Assembly: GCF_003018255.1 (NCBI RefSeq)
Contig: NZ_CP027440.1
DNA from: Escherichia coli
Lineage (GTDB): Bacteria > Pseudomonadota > Gammaproteobacteria > Enterobacterales > Enterobacteriaceae
DNA: 64,000 nt
Direction: 5' to 3' (one strand)
Under the pieces are notes generated by a model. The model was given only the letters and a program-made list of their open reading frames with translations, did not search any database and was not told the DNA's origin. Position numbers and translations under genes: made by a program. Of this stretch, positions 33,676 through 45,462 are shown piece by piece (the stretch's first letter is position 1; the number at the start of each line of letters is the position of its first letter).

Positions 33676-34239
33676 TTATAGATATTGAACTTTGAAGGTC
33701 GCATCAGCGTTTGCAGTACCAGCTACTGACTGCCCGAGAGCAATATAACGAGCCTGGAACGGCAATATATTCGTGCCATCAATCAAGTCAGTTTTAGCGC
33801 TAAAAGTGGCACCATCAAGTATTAATACCTCCCCCGTACGGTCCAAAATTTGAATACCGACATTTTGGGCAGAGCCTGCCGCTGAACTCTGCAGCGCTAA
33901 CGTATCGTCATTACTGGTGACAGTAGTACCCAGGAATGCAACAGCTGCATTACTGGAAACATTGGTATCACAATCATTCAGCTTGATATTGAAGCCAACG
34001 GCGGAGCTGAGGTCACCCGCTTTAGCCAGACGAGAAGAACGGACCTGACCCAGCTCAACCGTTTGGTTCATTGATTCTGAATCAATCGCACAAGCGGCAT
34101 TTACCACTTCACCTTTAAAATGAATAACACCGCCATTAACAGTGGTCGTTACTGATTCATCACCCTCGGCTGCGCTTACCGCAGCAGACGACATCGCCAA
34201 TACAGAAACGACAATCATACCGACATGTTTGAGTTTCAT
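33676..34239 (-). CDS. F9 fimbrial major subunit, FimA-like (187 aa), start ATG at 34239 ([23 protein letters not shown])
   Basis: Strong similarity to FimA ([21 protein letters not shown]...[12 protein letters not shown]...[11 protein letters not shown]); GGAG RBS 6 nt upstream. Confidence 0.88.
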   Translation of the reverse strand: MKLKHVGMIVVSVLAMSSAAVSAAEGDESVTTTVNGGVIHFKGEVVNAACAIDSESMNQTVELGQVRSSRLAKAGDLSSAVGFNIKLNDCDTNVSSNAAVAFLGTTVTSNDDTLALQSSAAGSAQNVGIQILDRTGEVLILDGATFSAKTDLIDGTNILPFQARYIALGQSVAGTANADATFKVQYL

Positions 34240-34672
34240 AATTCTCCAAAATTTATATTTAAGTAGCTGAATAAAGAGAGTTAACAATTAAGTCATTCTG
34301 TTATTGCTTATAAAACAAGAATCATTCTTAATTGGTAGTTGCCCTGAGAATATAGTTTCCAGGGTTATTACATTTCACGAAGAACGATAATATCTTTAAA
34401 TTACAAGGACACCTAATCACAACAAGTTTATTGCAGCACTTGTTGTAGAGAGTATTTGCAAAGACATTTTATGTCGCTAAATAACATGACGATTTCATTA
34501 TGCATGTTATTTATAAACCGTGACTAAACAGAATATTATTGCGAACAAGGGAAGTGTCAGGAAAGGTCAAGAGCGACCAATGGTTTATATGGCTATAAAT
34601 CATTAGCCATAGTTAATGTTTGCCTGGTGTAACTAACACGGAATTGCTCTAAACAGATAAGTGTAGGGTTTA

Positions 34673-34927
34673 TTAAAGCTGACCGACAGACTTTCTTAAC
34701 CTGGTAATATCTCTCTTAGGTGACTCTCCAAACATCCGCGAATATTCCCGACTGAAATGGGATAAGCTTTCGTAACCGACAGCATAGGCTGCAGTGGTGA
34801 CATCGTAATGTTCATTCAGCATCAGTCGCCTGGCTTCATTGAGGCTTAGCCATTTCCGATACCGGAGTGGACTCATTCCCGCAAGCTGTCTGAAATGTTG
34901 ATGGAAAGAGGGGGTGTTCATTTGCAC
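34673..34927 (-). pseudogene. yneL: AraC-family regulator C-terminal fragment (84 codons)
   Basis: ORF encodes only the second HTH of an AraC-type domain (...LSHFSREYSRMFGESP...); no N-terminal domain upstream in frame. Confidence 0.7.
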
Positions 34928-35214
34928 GCGGTTTGCCAGCCTGACTCTTCAACGCTGAGAAGATGCGGCAAACGGCAAACCTGCATACCAGCCAGCCTAT
35001 ATCCGGTATGCACAGGCCAATTATGAAAGAGGAGAGGCTTTATGTTCTGGAACCTTGAAGTAATAACGTCGACCGGAAAATCACTCTGCATCATCACTCA
35101 GATTCAATTTAACATAATATACATTATGCGCACCAACATAAACCAAGGGAGAATCCAGCCGTTGGCGGTCATGATTGTCCTGCTCATTAACAACGGCCAC
35201 ACCCCATATCTTAC

Positions 35215-36531
35215 TTAATACCATTCTCGGCTTAACCGACGGTGCAACCTCAACACATTGGTTTCAACTGCCGTCACCACGTTCTCCGGAAAATCTGTCG
35301 GTAATGAAGTCTTCACGTTATCCAGTGCTGCCGGAATCATTCTGGCAAAGTCACTCAGGATTTCATGCATCTGCACTTGCGGAAATTTCAGCACCTTTGC
35401 TGTCGCCAGAAAATGTCGCGGATAAATTTTATCGATTGCCGTTTTTTTGCCTTTGGATGCGTTAAGCCCCATTGCCAGTTTGAGATCGCTGATGTGTATT
35501 CCTGCACCACCCAATACCGGAAATGCTGAAATGATGTCGTAAAATGGCGTGAGTCGATAACTGCCGCCAGCCTGAATAAATACGGAGAAGTTTTTTGCAT
35601 GGCCATCCGTTGCGCCAATCAACCACTGGAACACCTGAAACTTCATAAAATCATAGCGATCTTTCAGCGCCTCGCTGGACCCCATCAAAAAAGCCATGAT
35701 CCGCGCGATGCCTGGGCCTCCATCTGATTCATATTTCACCGATGAAGGTAAACCGAATGTCTGACACATATCCTCCTGTGGCAAGCGAAGTAAAACCGTT
35801 CGCTCAGCATTCCAACGCCTGTCAAAACGTTCGACCGCTAACGCGCGCACATTTCCCGCTTTAATGATTTCTGCGTCCGGCACATTCAACCCAAGTTCTT
35901 TAGCCAGCAGCAGACAGTAATACTCATTATCAACGCTTTGGCTGAGATCGAGCGTCGCATTGGGCTGCCTGATTTCGCCAATCGGTAATTTAATGATGTG
36001 CGTCGTCGGCGTTATTCCTTTCGGAATGCACCAGTCATTGCCTATTCTGAGCAGCGCTGTCTTCTCCTGCGCGCCAGCAACCGAGATGCGAAAGTCATTT
36101 TCTTCTCTAATCATGCCCAGAGGGATATCTGCTTTATAAGCCGTTAATACTTCTTCAAACCTGGCTTCAGTGAGCTGTTCCCATGCCATTATCGGGCGCG
36201 TTATGGTTTCATTTTCGGGTAATAACGTTACGGCACCAACGCTGTCTCGCCCTATTTCTGACAATAAATCAAACGGTTGTCTGGATTTAGCATGATAACG
36301 TTTAACGATCCGATCACGTACAATCGGGCTATCGGGTAACAGGTTATCGAAGAAGTTAAATACGGCATCAGAGGTGATATTCCCCCTCTGCAATGGCAGC
36401 GAAAGTGACAACGGTCTGGCATAACGGCTGGCTAACCACTCCGGTGCATACTTAAAGGTGTGCGCGCCATTGGCTAACTTCGTTAACTCGCCTACCCGCT
36501 GGTTGTTCATCCAAGTGACAAGTTTAGGCAT
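35215..36531 (-). CDS. hipA: Serine/threonine kinase toxin HipA of the HipBA toxin-antitoxin system (438 aa)
   Basis: ORF 35215..36588 trimmed to MPKLVTWMNNQRVGEL; start ATG overlaps the hipB stop by 1 nt (TAATG). Confidence 0.93.
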   Translation of the reverse strand: MPKLVTWMNNQRVGELTKLANGAHTFKYAPEWLASRYARPLSLSLPLQRGNITSDAVFNFFDNLLPDSPIVRDRIVKRYHAKSRQPFDLLSEIGRDSVGAVTLLPENETITRPIMAWEQLTEARFEEVLTAYKADIPLGMIREENDFRISVAGAQEKTALLRIGNDWCIPKGITPTTHIIKLPIGEIRQPNATLDLSQSVDNEYYCLLLAKELGLNVPDAEIIKAGNVRALAVERFDRRWNAERTVLLRLPQEDMCQTFGLPSSVKYESDGGPGIARIMAFLMGSSEALKDRYDFMKFQVFQWLIGATDGHAKNFSVFIQAGGSYRLTPFYDIISAFPVLGGAGIHISDLKLAMGLNASKGKKTAIDKIYPRHFLATAKVLKFPQVQMHEILSDFARMIPAALDNVKTSLPTDFPENVVTAVETNVLRLHRRLSREWY

Positions 36532-36797
36532 TACCACTCCAGATCTTGCTGTTCTGTTGATTCTGGCGAGGCATTTTTCGTGTCGCATAGCGTCATTGAG
36601 AGTTCAAGCGACTGTAAAATCTTAAAAAAGGTCGTCAGCGTGGTATTGTCAGGGTTGTTTTCGAAATTGGAAATCGTCGCCTGCTTAATACCAATTTTTT
36701 TCGCCAGCTCGCTCTGCGTCCAGCCATTTTGCTGGCGAACCAGTTTCATTGCATTCGCCAATTGCGTTGGGCTATAGATCTTCTGAAAGCTCATCAT
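36531..36797 (-). CDS. hipB: Antitoxin and transcriptional repressor HipB (88 aa)
   Basis: MMSFQKIYSPTQLANAMKLVRQQNGWTQSELAKKIG... Xre-type HTH; recognised. Confidence 0.93.
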   Translation of the reverse strand: MMSFQKIYSPTQLANAMKLVRQQNGWTQSELAKKIGIKQATISNFENNPDNTTLTTFFKILQSLELSMTLCDTKNASPESTEQQDLEW

Positions 36798-36818
36798 GTC
36801 ATACGTCCACAGCAAATT

Positions 36819-36931
36819 TATCCGCTTAAGGGGATATTATCAGTTTTATCCTTTAGTGAGGATAAGTCAATCTGGAAACACATCTTATCCGCTCTACGGG
36901 ATAAACACTGTGATATCCGCGATCGCGGATA
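36819..36931 (-). promoter_or_regulatory. hipBA promoter with four HipB operators (TATCC-N8-GGATA)
   Basis: Four sites: tatccgcttaaggggata (36819-36836), tatcctttagtgaggata (36847-36864), tatccgctctacgggata (36886-36903), tatccgcgatcgcggata (36914-36931). Confidence 0.85.
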
Positions 36932-36968
36932 AAAAGGAGGATTTAAAAGTCGTTTGAAGTCGGCAATA

Positions 36969-38945
36969 TTAAGCCGCATGCATCTTCGACATGCGGCTAT
37001 TCCCTTGGGTATCGCCTTTTACGTTCATCTTATCGGTGGGCGAATTATCGCCGCCCAGCGTCGCGTTGAACGTCATCAGGCCATTGTTTCCGGTATAGTT
37101 ACCGTTAACGGTCAGTACATTCCCCGGTTTCCCCCCTTCGCTGTTCATTTGAACCGTGCCACCATTCTCCAGGTTACCGCCGACAGTGGTTTTAGCGACA
37201 CGCAGTGTCCCCCCTGGCATAACGTTCACATCACCTGCAGTGGTGACATTTCCCGACATCACACCGCTGTTATGGATATTAATGTGCTGACTTGCCATAT
37301 TAATGGCAGAGTCGGAACCGAAAGCAATTTCACCACCCACGATATCCGTCGTACCCTTATACGCCGCGGAATCTTTGTTAAGCGTCAGGATCCCGGTACC
37401 CAGTTTTGTCACATCACCGCTACCGCTGATACTGTGCGTCATCACCCAGCTACGCTCAGTGGAGATGGTGAGCAGGCCATTATTGATAACGGAAGCATCA
37501 CCCAGGTTTTTCTGCTCGTTGACGCTAAGCGCGCTGCCTGTATCAATGTTGAATTGCCCCACAAAGCGGCTATTATCGCCATCCAGCTCTACGTCTGTCC
37601 TGGCGGTTGCGCTCACGATACCCTTCCCGCTTATGCTATTACGCAGTTCGCCGGTCACGTTTTTTAGCGTTAACAGACCGTCATTGGCAATATTTCCTCT
37701 GCCTAACCCCTGCGTATTATCGAGGCTGACTTCCGCATTTGGGCTAATGCTGGTTAACGCATTGTAGCGTGCATTAAGCCCCTCGATAGCCAGTGTTCCC
37801 CCTGTAACATTCAGGTTTCCGCCACCTGTCAGTTCGCCCTGACTGATCCCACCTTTATTCACCGTCAGCGACCCCTCTTTAAACAAAACAGTCGAACCCA
37901 TTTGCCCGGTGAATGTCTCTACCGTCTGGGTCGATCCATTAAGATCGACGATGGCCGCGTTGCTGATGTTCAGTTCCCGGGTGTTGCCCAGCGCGCCATC
38001 CGCATCGGTACGTAATGTCCCCATCTGAACGTAGGTTGCCCCCTGATAGTCGTTCTGACCGTTGGAAAGCGAAACCTGTCGTACCGTATTGATTGCCAGA
38101 TCCCCTTCGCCACCGATTTTTGCCGACATATCGACCGTTGCGCCATAAGCTCCGCCATGTTCGGCTAACGTCAGCTTTTGCCCACCATGGATGTTCAGCG
38201 CTTTCAGCCCATAGTTAACATACAAACCATCACCAGGTGCGGTCGTGAGGCGGAATCCATAATCACCCTCGGCGACCACCGTTCCGTTTTGCGCAATATG
38301 TAACGTTTTGTCCGCTTCCACCTCGTCGCCCTGTAAATCACGTAACGTTAATGAACCACCCGATCCAATAACCGTTTGCGCCTTCACCAGTTGAACGCCG
38401 ACATGGCTATCGTCGTGTTCCATCAAATTGAGCGTCGTCAGAGGGTTATTCGCCATGGGATCATTCCACGGTTTAGGCACGTCGATAAGCACGTCGCCCA
38501 TCCCGTTTACCTGATAGTTACGGCCTTTCCAGGTGTAGTCACCCGCGCCGACAACCAGCGTATCGACGCTGATATATCCCTCCGCAAGCGTCGCAGCAGG
38601 TATATCCGTATCGAACGTGAGCGTACCGCCATTCATGGCTAGTCCACCAATGGATTGCTCTCCCACTTTTACCGATGTGGTATTTTCACTGTCAGACTGC
38701 AGCATCGCGTAAGTAAGCGCAGCGGTGTTGTCGCGTTCCAGTGCGAAGGTACTGGCTTTCAGTTGGGCAACACCGGCGAATTCAGTCCCTGCTGCATGGG
38801 TAAAGCCAAACATTTTGTCGGAGGATGACAGCTGCACTCGCATCAAGCCATCGCCTTTGAGCGCATTGATCAGCGTGAATAGCAATTTCCCCTTGAATAT
38901 AGTACTGGTGATGGAACGATGAATCTGCAAGCTGGCATTTAACAA
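36969..38945 (-). pseudogene. yneO: AIDA-like autotransporter passenger-domain fragment; no signal peptide, no C-terminal beta-barrel
   Basis: 658-codon ORF of glycine-rich beta-helix repeats (GGTL, NGG, TLN motifs), starts without a signal sequence and ends ...GNSRMSKMHAA; lies between hipB and lsrK where the yneO pseudogene sits. Confidence 0.7.
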
Positions 38946-39028
38946 GCCAGCTCTAAAAGAAGGGAAATGAGAATACCAATACTCAAAAACTAACAGCCAC
39001 GGTCATCATGGTGTGGCTGTCAATGAAA

Positions 39029-40621
39029 CTATAACCCAGGCGCTTTCCATAACGACGTCGTCAGTCCATGATCAACCAGCCCCAGCTGATCCTGATAAAC
39101 TGCCTGCCACTTATCGCGTGAATCCTGATAAAGTTCATGCTTTTCCGGGTCTGGTGTGTGCGTCCGTTCCCAACGAACCAGGCGTTCTCCGGTTTCTGCC
39201 ATTGATGAAAAAATTCCGGCACCGACGCCAGCTGCAATGGCACATCCTAATGCAGTGGCTTCTTTGACCACCGGAATATTGACGGGTAATCCCGAGACAT
39301 CAGCGAGAATTTGACTCCATAATTTCCCTTTTGAACCTCCGCCAGCAAAAACCAGCGAGGTGGGATGAATATTCGAGAAATCAGCAATTTGCTGTAAGTT
39401 ACACGCTGATACAATCGCCGCATTTTCTTCCAGCGCACGGAACAATGTCGCTTTGTTACATTTATCCGGGTCAATGGACAAGTTAATAAAGGAAGGCGCA
39501 GCGTGATACCAGGTTTTAAAGCGCATTCTGTCGGAGAATATCGGCATTACGCCCCACGACCCAGGCGGCACCCGACTGGCCATCTCTTCCAGCAGCGTAT
39601 AGGTGTCGATGCCTAAACGTTCGGCAATCAGTTTTTCTTCGGCACAGAAAGCATCGCGGAACCAGCGCATGGTGAGTCCGGTAAAAAAGCTTATAGATTC
39701 AGCTTGTACCATGCCAGGAATAACATGGGGATTAACGCGCACGTTCATTTCTGGGTCTGTCACCGGCGCGGCTAAGTTTACAACTTGCTGCCAGAATGTG
39801 CCGCCAAGAACCGCGGTTTGTGCCGGACGTACAACGCCTAACCCCAGGCAACCAAGCTGCACGTCACCTCCTCCAACGACCACCGGAGTGCCCGCCTTCA
39901 GACCGCAGAGTTCCGCCGCTTGTGAACTTACCACACCCAGCAATGTGCCGGTTTCTTTGACAGGAGAAAGAATATCGGCACGCAGGCCAGCCATATCCAG
40001 CAATGCAGGTTTCCAGTCACGGGTGGTTAGATCAATAAGTCCCGTGGTGCCAGCGTTAGAGGGATCCACCGCAAGTTCACCGCTGAGCATATAGGCCAGC
40101 CAGTCGCTGATCATGGTGATGGTTGATGCCTGACGGTAAATATCGGAACGATGGTGCGCCAGCCAAAGTAATCTGGGGATGGCGCTTAAAGCCAGCGTTT
40201 GCCCGGTCGCTCGATAAACTTTGTTTTCAAAGGTATTGTTGTGCAGTTCTTTAAGTTCGTTAACTTCGCGCGCCGCTCTGGCATCCACATTGGCGCAGGC
40301 CCAGATCGGTGTTCCTTCATTGTTATATAAAACAATGCCTTCACGCATCGAACATGCCGAAACAGCAGCGATATACTCCGGGGCTATGCCGGCGTTGTGC
40401 AGCGCCTGGCGCATACACTCACACGCCAGTTGCCAGTTTTTGTTGAGATCAAATTCCATAGAACCAGGAACGTCCGGTACTGCCAGATGCCGCCACTCCG
40501 CCTGTCCCACGGCTATTTGATTGCCTTCCGGGTCGAATATCACAGCCCGAATACTTCCGGTGCCTGCATCCAGCGCCATCAGGTAGTACTTTGATTCTGA
40601 AGGGGTAAAGAGTCGAGCCAT
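39029..40621 (-). CDS. lsrK: Autoinducer-2 kinase LsrK (530 aa)
   Basis: 530-aa FGGY-family sugar kinase ORF; recognised. Confidence 0.94.
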   Translation of the reverse strand: MARLFTPSESKYYLMALDAGTGSIRAVIFDPEGNQIAVGQAEWRHLAVPDVPGSMEFDLNKNWQLACECMRQALHNAGIAPEYIAAVSACSMREGIVLYNNEGTPIWACANVDARAAREVNELKELHNNTFENKVYRATGQTLALSAIPRLLWLAHHRSDIYRQASTITMISDWLAYMLSGELAVDPSNAGTTGLIDLTTRDWKPALLDMAGLRADILSPVKETGTLLGVVSSQAAELCGLKAGTPVVVGGGDVQLGCLGLGVVRPAQTAVLGGTFWQQVVNLAAPVTDPEMNVRVNPHVIPGMVQAESISFFTGLTMRWFRDAFCAEEKLIAERLGIDTYTLLEEMASRVPPGSWGVMPIFSDRMRFKTWYHAAPSFINLSIDPDKCNKATLFRALEENAAIVSACNLQQIADFSNIHPTSLVFAGGGSKGKLWSQILADVSGLPVNIPVVKEATALGCAIAAGVGAGIFSSMAETGERLVRWERTHTPDPEKHELYQDSRDKWQAVYQDQLGLVDHGLTTSLWKAPGL

Positions 40622-40699
40622 TAGATTATCCTCGGCTTATGCGTTCTGTCTGTTCCTCTATACGTTCTCCATCATTCCCGGTAACAAGGTCATGCAAAT

Positions 40700-41653
40700 T
40701 TAACTACGTAAAATCGCCGCTGCTGTGTCCTGATCGGTAACCAGTGCGTTGATATAGCCGCCTTTCATTGCAGCGGCAATGGCTTCGGCTTTATTTTCTC
40801 CCCCTGCCACGCCAACCCGGACGGGTATGGTCTTCAGCGCGCTTAAAGGTAAGCCAATCAGTTCGTTATGTATTTTAATATCCGTGACAACGTCACCTTT
40901 TGCATCAAAAAAGTAGCCTAAAATGTCGCCAACAGCCCCTTTTCGACCAATCATTAACTGTTCGCCCTGGCTGATATAGCCGGAGCGAATGATTGTTGCG
41001 TCGTCTTGTTGACTCACAGCCCCAATGCCGACAATCGCCACATCCGCTGCTTGCGCGGCTAGCAGAACATCTTTGACGCAATTTTCATTTTTTAGCGTAC
41101 GGGCAATGTCAGCGGAGGATGCCCGCAACGGAGCCGGAATAATATTCACACTGCACGCCGCGTTAAGCTGCCCGATACCCGTCATATAAGAACCGACTCC
41201 ACCGGAGAGCGTGACCAGGCGAATTTGCTGTGACGAAATAAAACCACTTAAGCGTTGCAGCGTATTCATAGTTGCCTCGCCAAAACCAATCGCCAGCATC
41301 TGTTGTGGTTGAAGTAAACTCATCAACATATGCGCCGCGCCTATCCCTAGTCGCCCGCCGACATCAGCATCCGCAAGCCCTGGGATCACCCGGACATGTT
41401 GCAGCGAAAACTGACGACGTAATTGTGTTTCATATTCCAGACAGCCTTCAAAGCGAGAATTAATCTGTACGCGAATAATGCCGGATTGATGCCCTTTCTC
41501 CAGTAATCGCGACACTTTCAAACGGGTCAGGCCGAGACGATCGCTGATCTCACTCTGGGTCAGCCCGTCGTGGTAGTAAAACCACGCAATCCGCGCGACC
41601 TGTTCTTCTTCACACATTCCCTGTTCTGAAATTACCGAATCGTTGATTGTCAT
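40700..41653 (-). CDS. lsrR: lsr operon repressor LsrR (317 aa)
   Basis: 317-aa SorC-family ORF, divergent from lsrA. Confidence 0.94.
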   Translation of the reverse strand: MTINDSVISEQGMCEEEQVARIAWFYYHDGLTQSEISDRLGLTRLKVSRLLEKGHQSGIIRVQINSRFEGCLEYETQLRRQFSLQHVRVIPGLADADVGGRLGIGAAHMLMSLLQPQQMLAIGFGEATMNTLQRLSGFISSQQIRLVTLSGGVGSYMTGIGQLNAACSVNIIPAPLRASSADIARTLKNENCVKDVLLAAQAADVAIVGIGAVSQQDDATIIRSGYISQGEQLMIGRKGAVGDILGYFFDAKGDVVTDIKIHNELIGLPLSALKTIPVRVGVAGGENKAEAIAAAMKGGYINALVTDQDTAAAILRS

Positions 41654-41837
41654 AATTCATTCTTCACTTTGAACATATTTAAATCTTTAATGCAATTGTT
41701 CAGTTCTTGCGCATTTATATCTGTGATAGCAACCACAGTTTGACTCTACGAGCATGAACAAACGCAACCGTGAAAATCAAAATAGCATAAATTGTGATCT
41801 ATTCGTCGGAAATATGTGCAATGTCCACCTAAGGTTA

Positions 41838-41870
41838 TGAACAAATTAAAAGCAGAAATACATTTGTTCA
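41838..41870 (+). promoter_or_regulatory. Perfect 9-bp inverted repeat in the lsrR-lsrA intergenic region; candidate LsrR operator at the lsrA promoter
   Basis: tgaacaaat-N15-atttgttca, 32-64 bp upstream of the lsrA ATG; a TGTGA CRP half-site lies at 41793-41797. Confidence 0.4.
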
Positions 41871-41901
41871 AAACTCACCTGCAAAACTGAACGGGGGAAA
41901 T

Positions 41902-43437
41902 ATGCAAACGAGTGATACCCGCGCGTTACCGCTACTTTGCGCCCGCTCGGTTTATAAACAGTATTCAGGGGTTAATGTCCTGAAAGGCATCGATTTTACG
42001 TTGCATCAGGGGGAGGTCCACGCCCTGCTCGGCGGCAATGGTGCCGGTAAATCGACGTTAATGAAGATTATTGCCGGTATTACCCCTGCTGATAGCGGTA
42101 CGCTGGAGATTGGGGGCAATAATTACACCAGATTAACGCCAGTTCATGCTCATCAGCTGGGCATTTATCTCGTTCCCCAGGAACCGCTGCTTTTTCCAAG
42201 CCTGTCGATAAAAGAAAACATCCTGTTTGGTCTGGCAAAAAAACAACTCTCCATACAGAAAATGAATAACTTGCTGGTGGCGCTGGGCTGCCAGTTTGAT
42301 CTGCATAGTCTGGCAGGATCGCTGGATGTCGCCGATCGCCAAATGGTGGAAATCCTCCGCGGCCTGATGCGCGACTCGCGGATTCTGATCCTCGATGAAC
42401 CTACAGCCTCGCTTACCCCTGCGGAAACCGAACGTTTGTTTCGTCGCTTGCAAGAGCTGCTTGCTACTGGCGTGGGTATTGTTTTTATCTCGCATAAGCT
42501 GCCGGAAATTCGCCAGATTGCCGATCGAATTAGCGTGATGCGCGACGGAACCATCGCCTTAAGCGGCAAAACCAGCGAACTGTCTACCGACGACATTATT
42601 CAGGCCATCACGCCAGCGCTACGGGAAAAATCGCTCTCTGCCAGCCAAAAATTATGGCTGGAATTACCTGGCAACCGCCCACAACATGCCGCGGGAACGC
42701 CGGTGCTGACACTGGAAAATCTGACCGGCGAAGGTTTCAGGAATGTCAGCCTGACGCTCAATGCCGGAGAAATTCTGGGCTTGGCTGGGCTGGTGGGAGC
42801 CGGACGCACAGAACTGGCCGAGACGCTCTATGGTCTGCGTACTTTGCGTGGCGGACGCATTATGCTGAATGGTAAAGAGATCAATAGATTATCCACCGGA
42901 GATCGTTTACTGCGCGGTCTGGTTTATCTGCCGGAAGATCGCCAGTCATCCGGACTTAATCTCGATGCTTCACTGGCGTGGAACGTCTGCGCCCTTACTC
43001 ATAACCTTCGTGGATTCTGGGCGAAAACCGCGAAAGATAATGCCACCCTGGAACGATATCGCCGGGCGCTGAATATTAAATTTAACCAACCGGAACAAGC
43101 TGCGCGGACCTTATCCGGCGGCAACCAGCAAAAAATCCTGATTGCCAAATGTCTGGAAGCTTCGCCGCAAGTTTTGATTGTCGATGAGCCGACGCGCGGC
43201 GTGGATGTCTCTGCGCGTAATGATATCTACCAACTGTTGCGCAGCATCGCCGCACAAAATGTGGCTGTGCTGCTTATCTCCTCTGATCTGGAAGAGATCG
43301 AACTGATGGCAGATCGCGTGTATGTGATGCATCAGGGCGAAATTGCCCACTCTGCACTGACCGGACGCGATATTAATGTCGAGACCATTATGCGCGTTGC
43401 CTTCGGAGATAGTCAGCGTCAGGAGGCGTCATGCTGA
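41902..43437 (+). CDS. lsrA: AI-2 ABC transporter ATP-binding protein LsrA (511 aa)
   Basis: Two Walker A motifs ([17 protein letters not shown]); recognised. Confidence 0.94.
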   Translation: MQTSDTRALPLLCARSVYKQYSGVNVLKGIDFTLHQGEVHALLGGNGAGKSTLMKIIAGITPADSGTLEIGGNNYTRLTPVHAHQLGIYLVPQEPLLFPSLSIKENILFGLAKKQLSIQKMNNLLVALGCQFDLHSLAGSLDVADRQMVEILRGLMRDSRILILDEPTASLTPAETERLFRRLQELLATGVGIVFISHKLPEIRQIADRISVMRDGTIALSGKTSELSTDDIIQAITPALREKSLSASQKLWLELPGNRPQHAAGTPVLTLENLTGEGFRNVSLTLNAGEILGLAGLVGAGRTELAETLYGLRTLRGGRIMLNGKEINRLSTGDRLLRGLVYLPEDRQSSGLNLDASLAWNVCALTHNLRGFWAKTAKDNATLERYRRALNIKFNQPEQAARTLSGGNQQKILIAKCLEASPQVLIVDEPTRGVDVSARNDIYQLLRSIAAQNVAVLLISSDLEEIELMADRVYVMHQGEIAHSALTGRDINVETIMRVAFGDSQRQEASC

Positions 43438-44459
43438 AATTTATTCAGAACAACCGTGAAATCACGGCACTGCTGGCGGTGGTGCTGCTGTTTGTATTAC
43501 CCGGTTTTCTCGACCGTCAGTATTTAAGTGTGCAAACGCTGACCATGGTTTATAGCAGCGCGCAAATCCTGATCCTGCTGGCAATGGGCGCGACGCTGGT
43601 AATGCTTACGCGCAATATTGATGTTTCAGTGGGTTCGATTACCGGAATGTGCGCGGTGCTGTTGGGGATGTTACTGAACGCGGGGTATTCACTACCTGTT
43701 GCTTGTGTCGCGACTTTACTGCTTGGTTTGCTCGCGGGATTTTTCAACGGTGTCCTGGTCGCGTGGCTAAAGATCCCTGCCATTGTTGCCACCCTTGGCA
43801 CGTTAGGGTTGTACAGAGGCATCATGTTGCTGTGGACTGGCGGTAAATGGATTGAGGGATTACCCGCCGAACTGAAACAACTCTCCGCCCCGCTGCTGTT
43901 TGGCGTTTCCGCGATTGGTTGGTTGACGATAATTCTGGTGGCATTTATGGCCTGGCTGCTGGCAAAGACGGCGTTTGGACGCAGTTTTTATGTCACGGGC
44001 GATAATTTACAGGGCGCTCGTCAACTGGGCGTTCGTACGGAAGCCATTCGCATTGTGGCATTTTCGTTGAACGGCTGCATGGCGGCACTGGCGGGAATTG
44101 TGTTTGCTTCGCAGATTGGTTTTATCCCCAACCAGACCGGTACCGGGCTGGAGATGAAAGCAATTGCAGCCTGCGTGCTGGGCGGCATTAGTTTGCTCGG
44201 CGGTTCCGGCGCGATCATCGGTGCGGTACTCGGCGCATGGTTCCTGACGCAGATCGATAGTGTACTGGTGCTGTTGCGCATTCCGGCATGGTGGAATGAT
44301 TTTATCGCGGGCATGGTTCTGCTGGCGGTGCTGGTGTTTGATGGACGCCTGCGTTGTGCGCTGGAACGTAATCTGCGGCGGCAAAAATATGCCCGCTTTA
44401 TGATGCCACCGCCATCCGTTAAACCCGCTTCGTCAGGTAAAAAACGGGAGGCCGCGTAA
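43431..44459 (+). CDS. lsrC: AI-2 ABC transporter permease LsrC (342 aa)
   Basis: Hydrophobic 342-aa ORF overlapping the lsrA stop. Confidence 0.93.
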   Translation: MLKFIQNNREITALLAVVLLFVLPGFLDRQYLSVQTLTMVYSSAQILILLAMGATLVMLTRNIDVSVGSITGMCAVLLGMLLNAGYSLPVACVATLLLGLLAGFFNGVLVAWLKIPAIVATLGTLGLYRGIMLLWTGGKWIEGLPAELKQLSAPLLFGVSAIGWLTIILVAFMAWLLAKTAFGRSFYVTGDNLQGARQLGVRTEAIRIVAFSLNGCMAALAGIVFASQIGFIPNQTGTGLEMKAIAACVLGGISLLGGSGAIIGAVLGAWFLTQIDSVLVLLRIPAWWNDFIAGMVLLAVLVFDGRLRCALERNLRRQKYARFMMPPPSVKPASSGKKREAA

Positions 44460-45451
44460 TGCGTATTCGCTACGGTTGGGAACTGGCTCTTGCCGCACTG
44501 CTCGTTATTGAGATTGTTGCATTTGGTGCAATTAACCCGCGGATGTTAGATCTCAATATGTTGCTGTTCAGCACCAGTGACTTTATCTGCATTGGCATTG
44601 TCGCCCTACCGCTGACGATGGTGATTGTCAGTGGCGGGATCGATATTTCGTTTGGTTCGACCATCGGCCTCTGCGCCATTGCATTGGGCGTACTGTTTCA
44701 AAGTGGTGTGCCGATGCCGCTGGCGATTCTTCTGACCTTACTGCTCGGCGCATTGTGCGGGCTGATCAACGCCGGATTAATTATCTATACCAAAGTTAAC
44801 CCGCTGGTGATTACGCTTGGCACGCTGTATCTGTTTGCCGGAAGCGCCCTGCTGCTTTCCGGGATGGCCGGAGCGACGGGGTACGAAGGTATTGGTGGAT
44901 TCCCGATGGCGTTTACAGATTTCGCTAACCTGGATGTGCTGGGGCTCCCCGTTCCGCTGATTATCTTCCTGATATGTCTCCTCGTTTTCTGGCTCTGGCT
45001 GCATAAAACCCATGCCGGACGTAACGTGTTTTTAATTGGGCAAAGCCCGCGTGTGGCGGTTTATAGCGCGATTCCAGTTAACCGCACCTTGTGTGCGCTC
45101 TATGCCATGACGGGGCTGGCGTCTGCGGTCGCCGCTGTGCTGCTGGTATCGTATTTTGGTTCAGCACGTTCCGATCTCGGTGCGTCGTTTCTGATGCCCG
45201 CCATCACCGCCGTAGTGCTCGGCGGTGCCAATATTTATGGTGGTTCTGGTTCCATTATCGGCACCGCCATAGCGGTTTTATTAGTGGGATATTTGCAACA
45301 AGGTTTGCAAATGGCAGGAGTGCCAAATCAGGTGTCCAGCGCCCTTTCCGGTGCGCTACTTATCGTCGTTGTCGTAGGTCGTTCCGTTAGCCTGCATCGC
45401 CAGCAAATTAAAGAGTGGCTGGCGCGTCGGGCCAATAACCCATTGCCATAA
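44459..45451 (+). CDS. lsrD: AI-2 ABC transporter permease LsrD (330 aa)
   Basis: Hydrophobic 330-aa ORF. Confidence 0.93.
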   Translation: MRIRYGWELALAALLVIEIVAFGAINPRMLDLNMLLFSTSDFICIGIVALPLTMVIVSGGIDISFGSTIGLCAIALGVLFQSGVPMPLAILLTLLLGALCGLINAGLIIYTKVNPLVITLGTLYLFAGSALLLSGMAGATGYEGIGGFPMAFTDFANLDVLGLPVPLIIFLICLLVFWLWLHKTHAGRNVFLIGQSPRVAVYSAIPVNRTLCALYAMTGLASAVAAVLLVSYFGSARSDLGASFLMPAITAVVLGGANIYGGSGSIIGTAIAVLLVGYLQQGLQMAGVPNQVSSALSGALLIVVVVGRSVSLHRQQIKEWLARRANNPLP

Positions 45452-45462
45452 AGGATATCTTC

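Noticed and set aside
36954-37767. Forward-strand ORFs of 237 and 154 codons (36954..37667, 37303..37767) inside the yneO fragment
   Set aside because: They lie antisense to the glycine-rich autotransporter repeats and have low-complexity, serine/proline-rich translations without an RBS; they are shadow ORFs of the repetitive coding strand.
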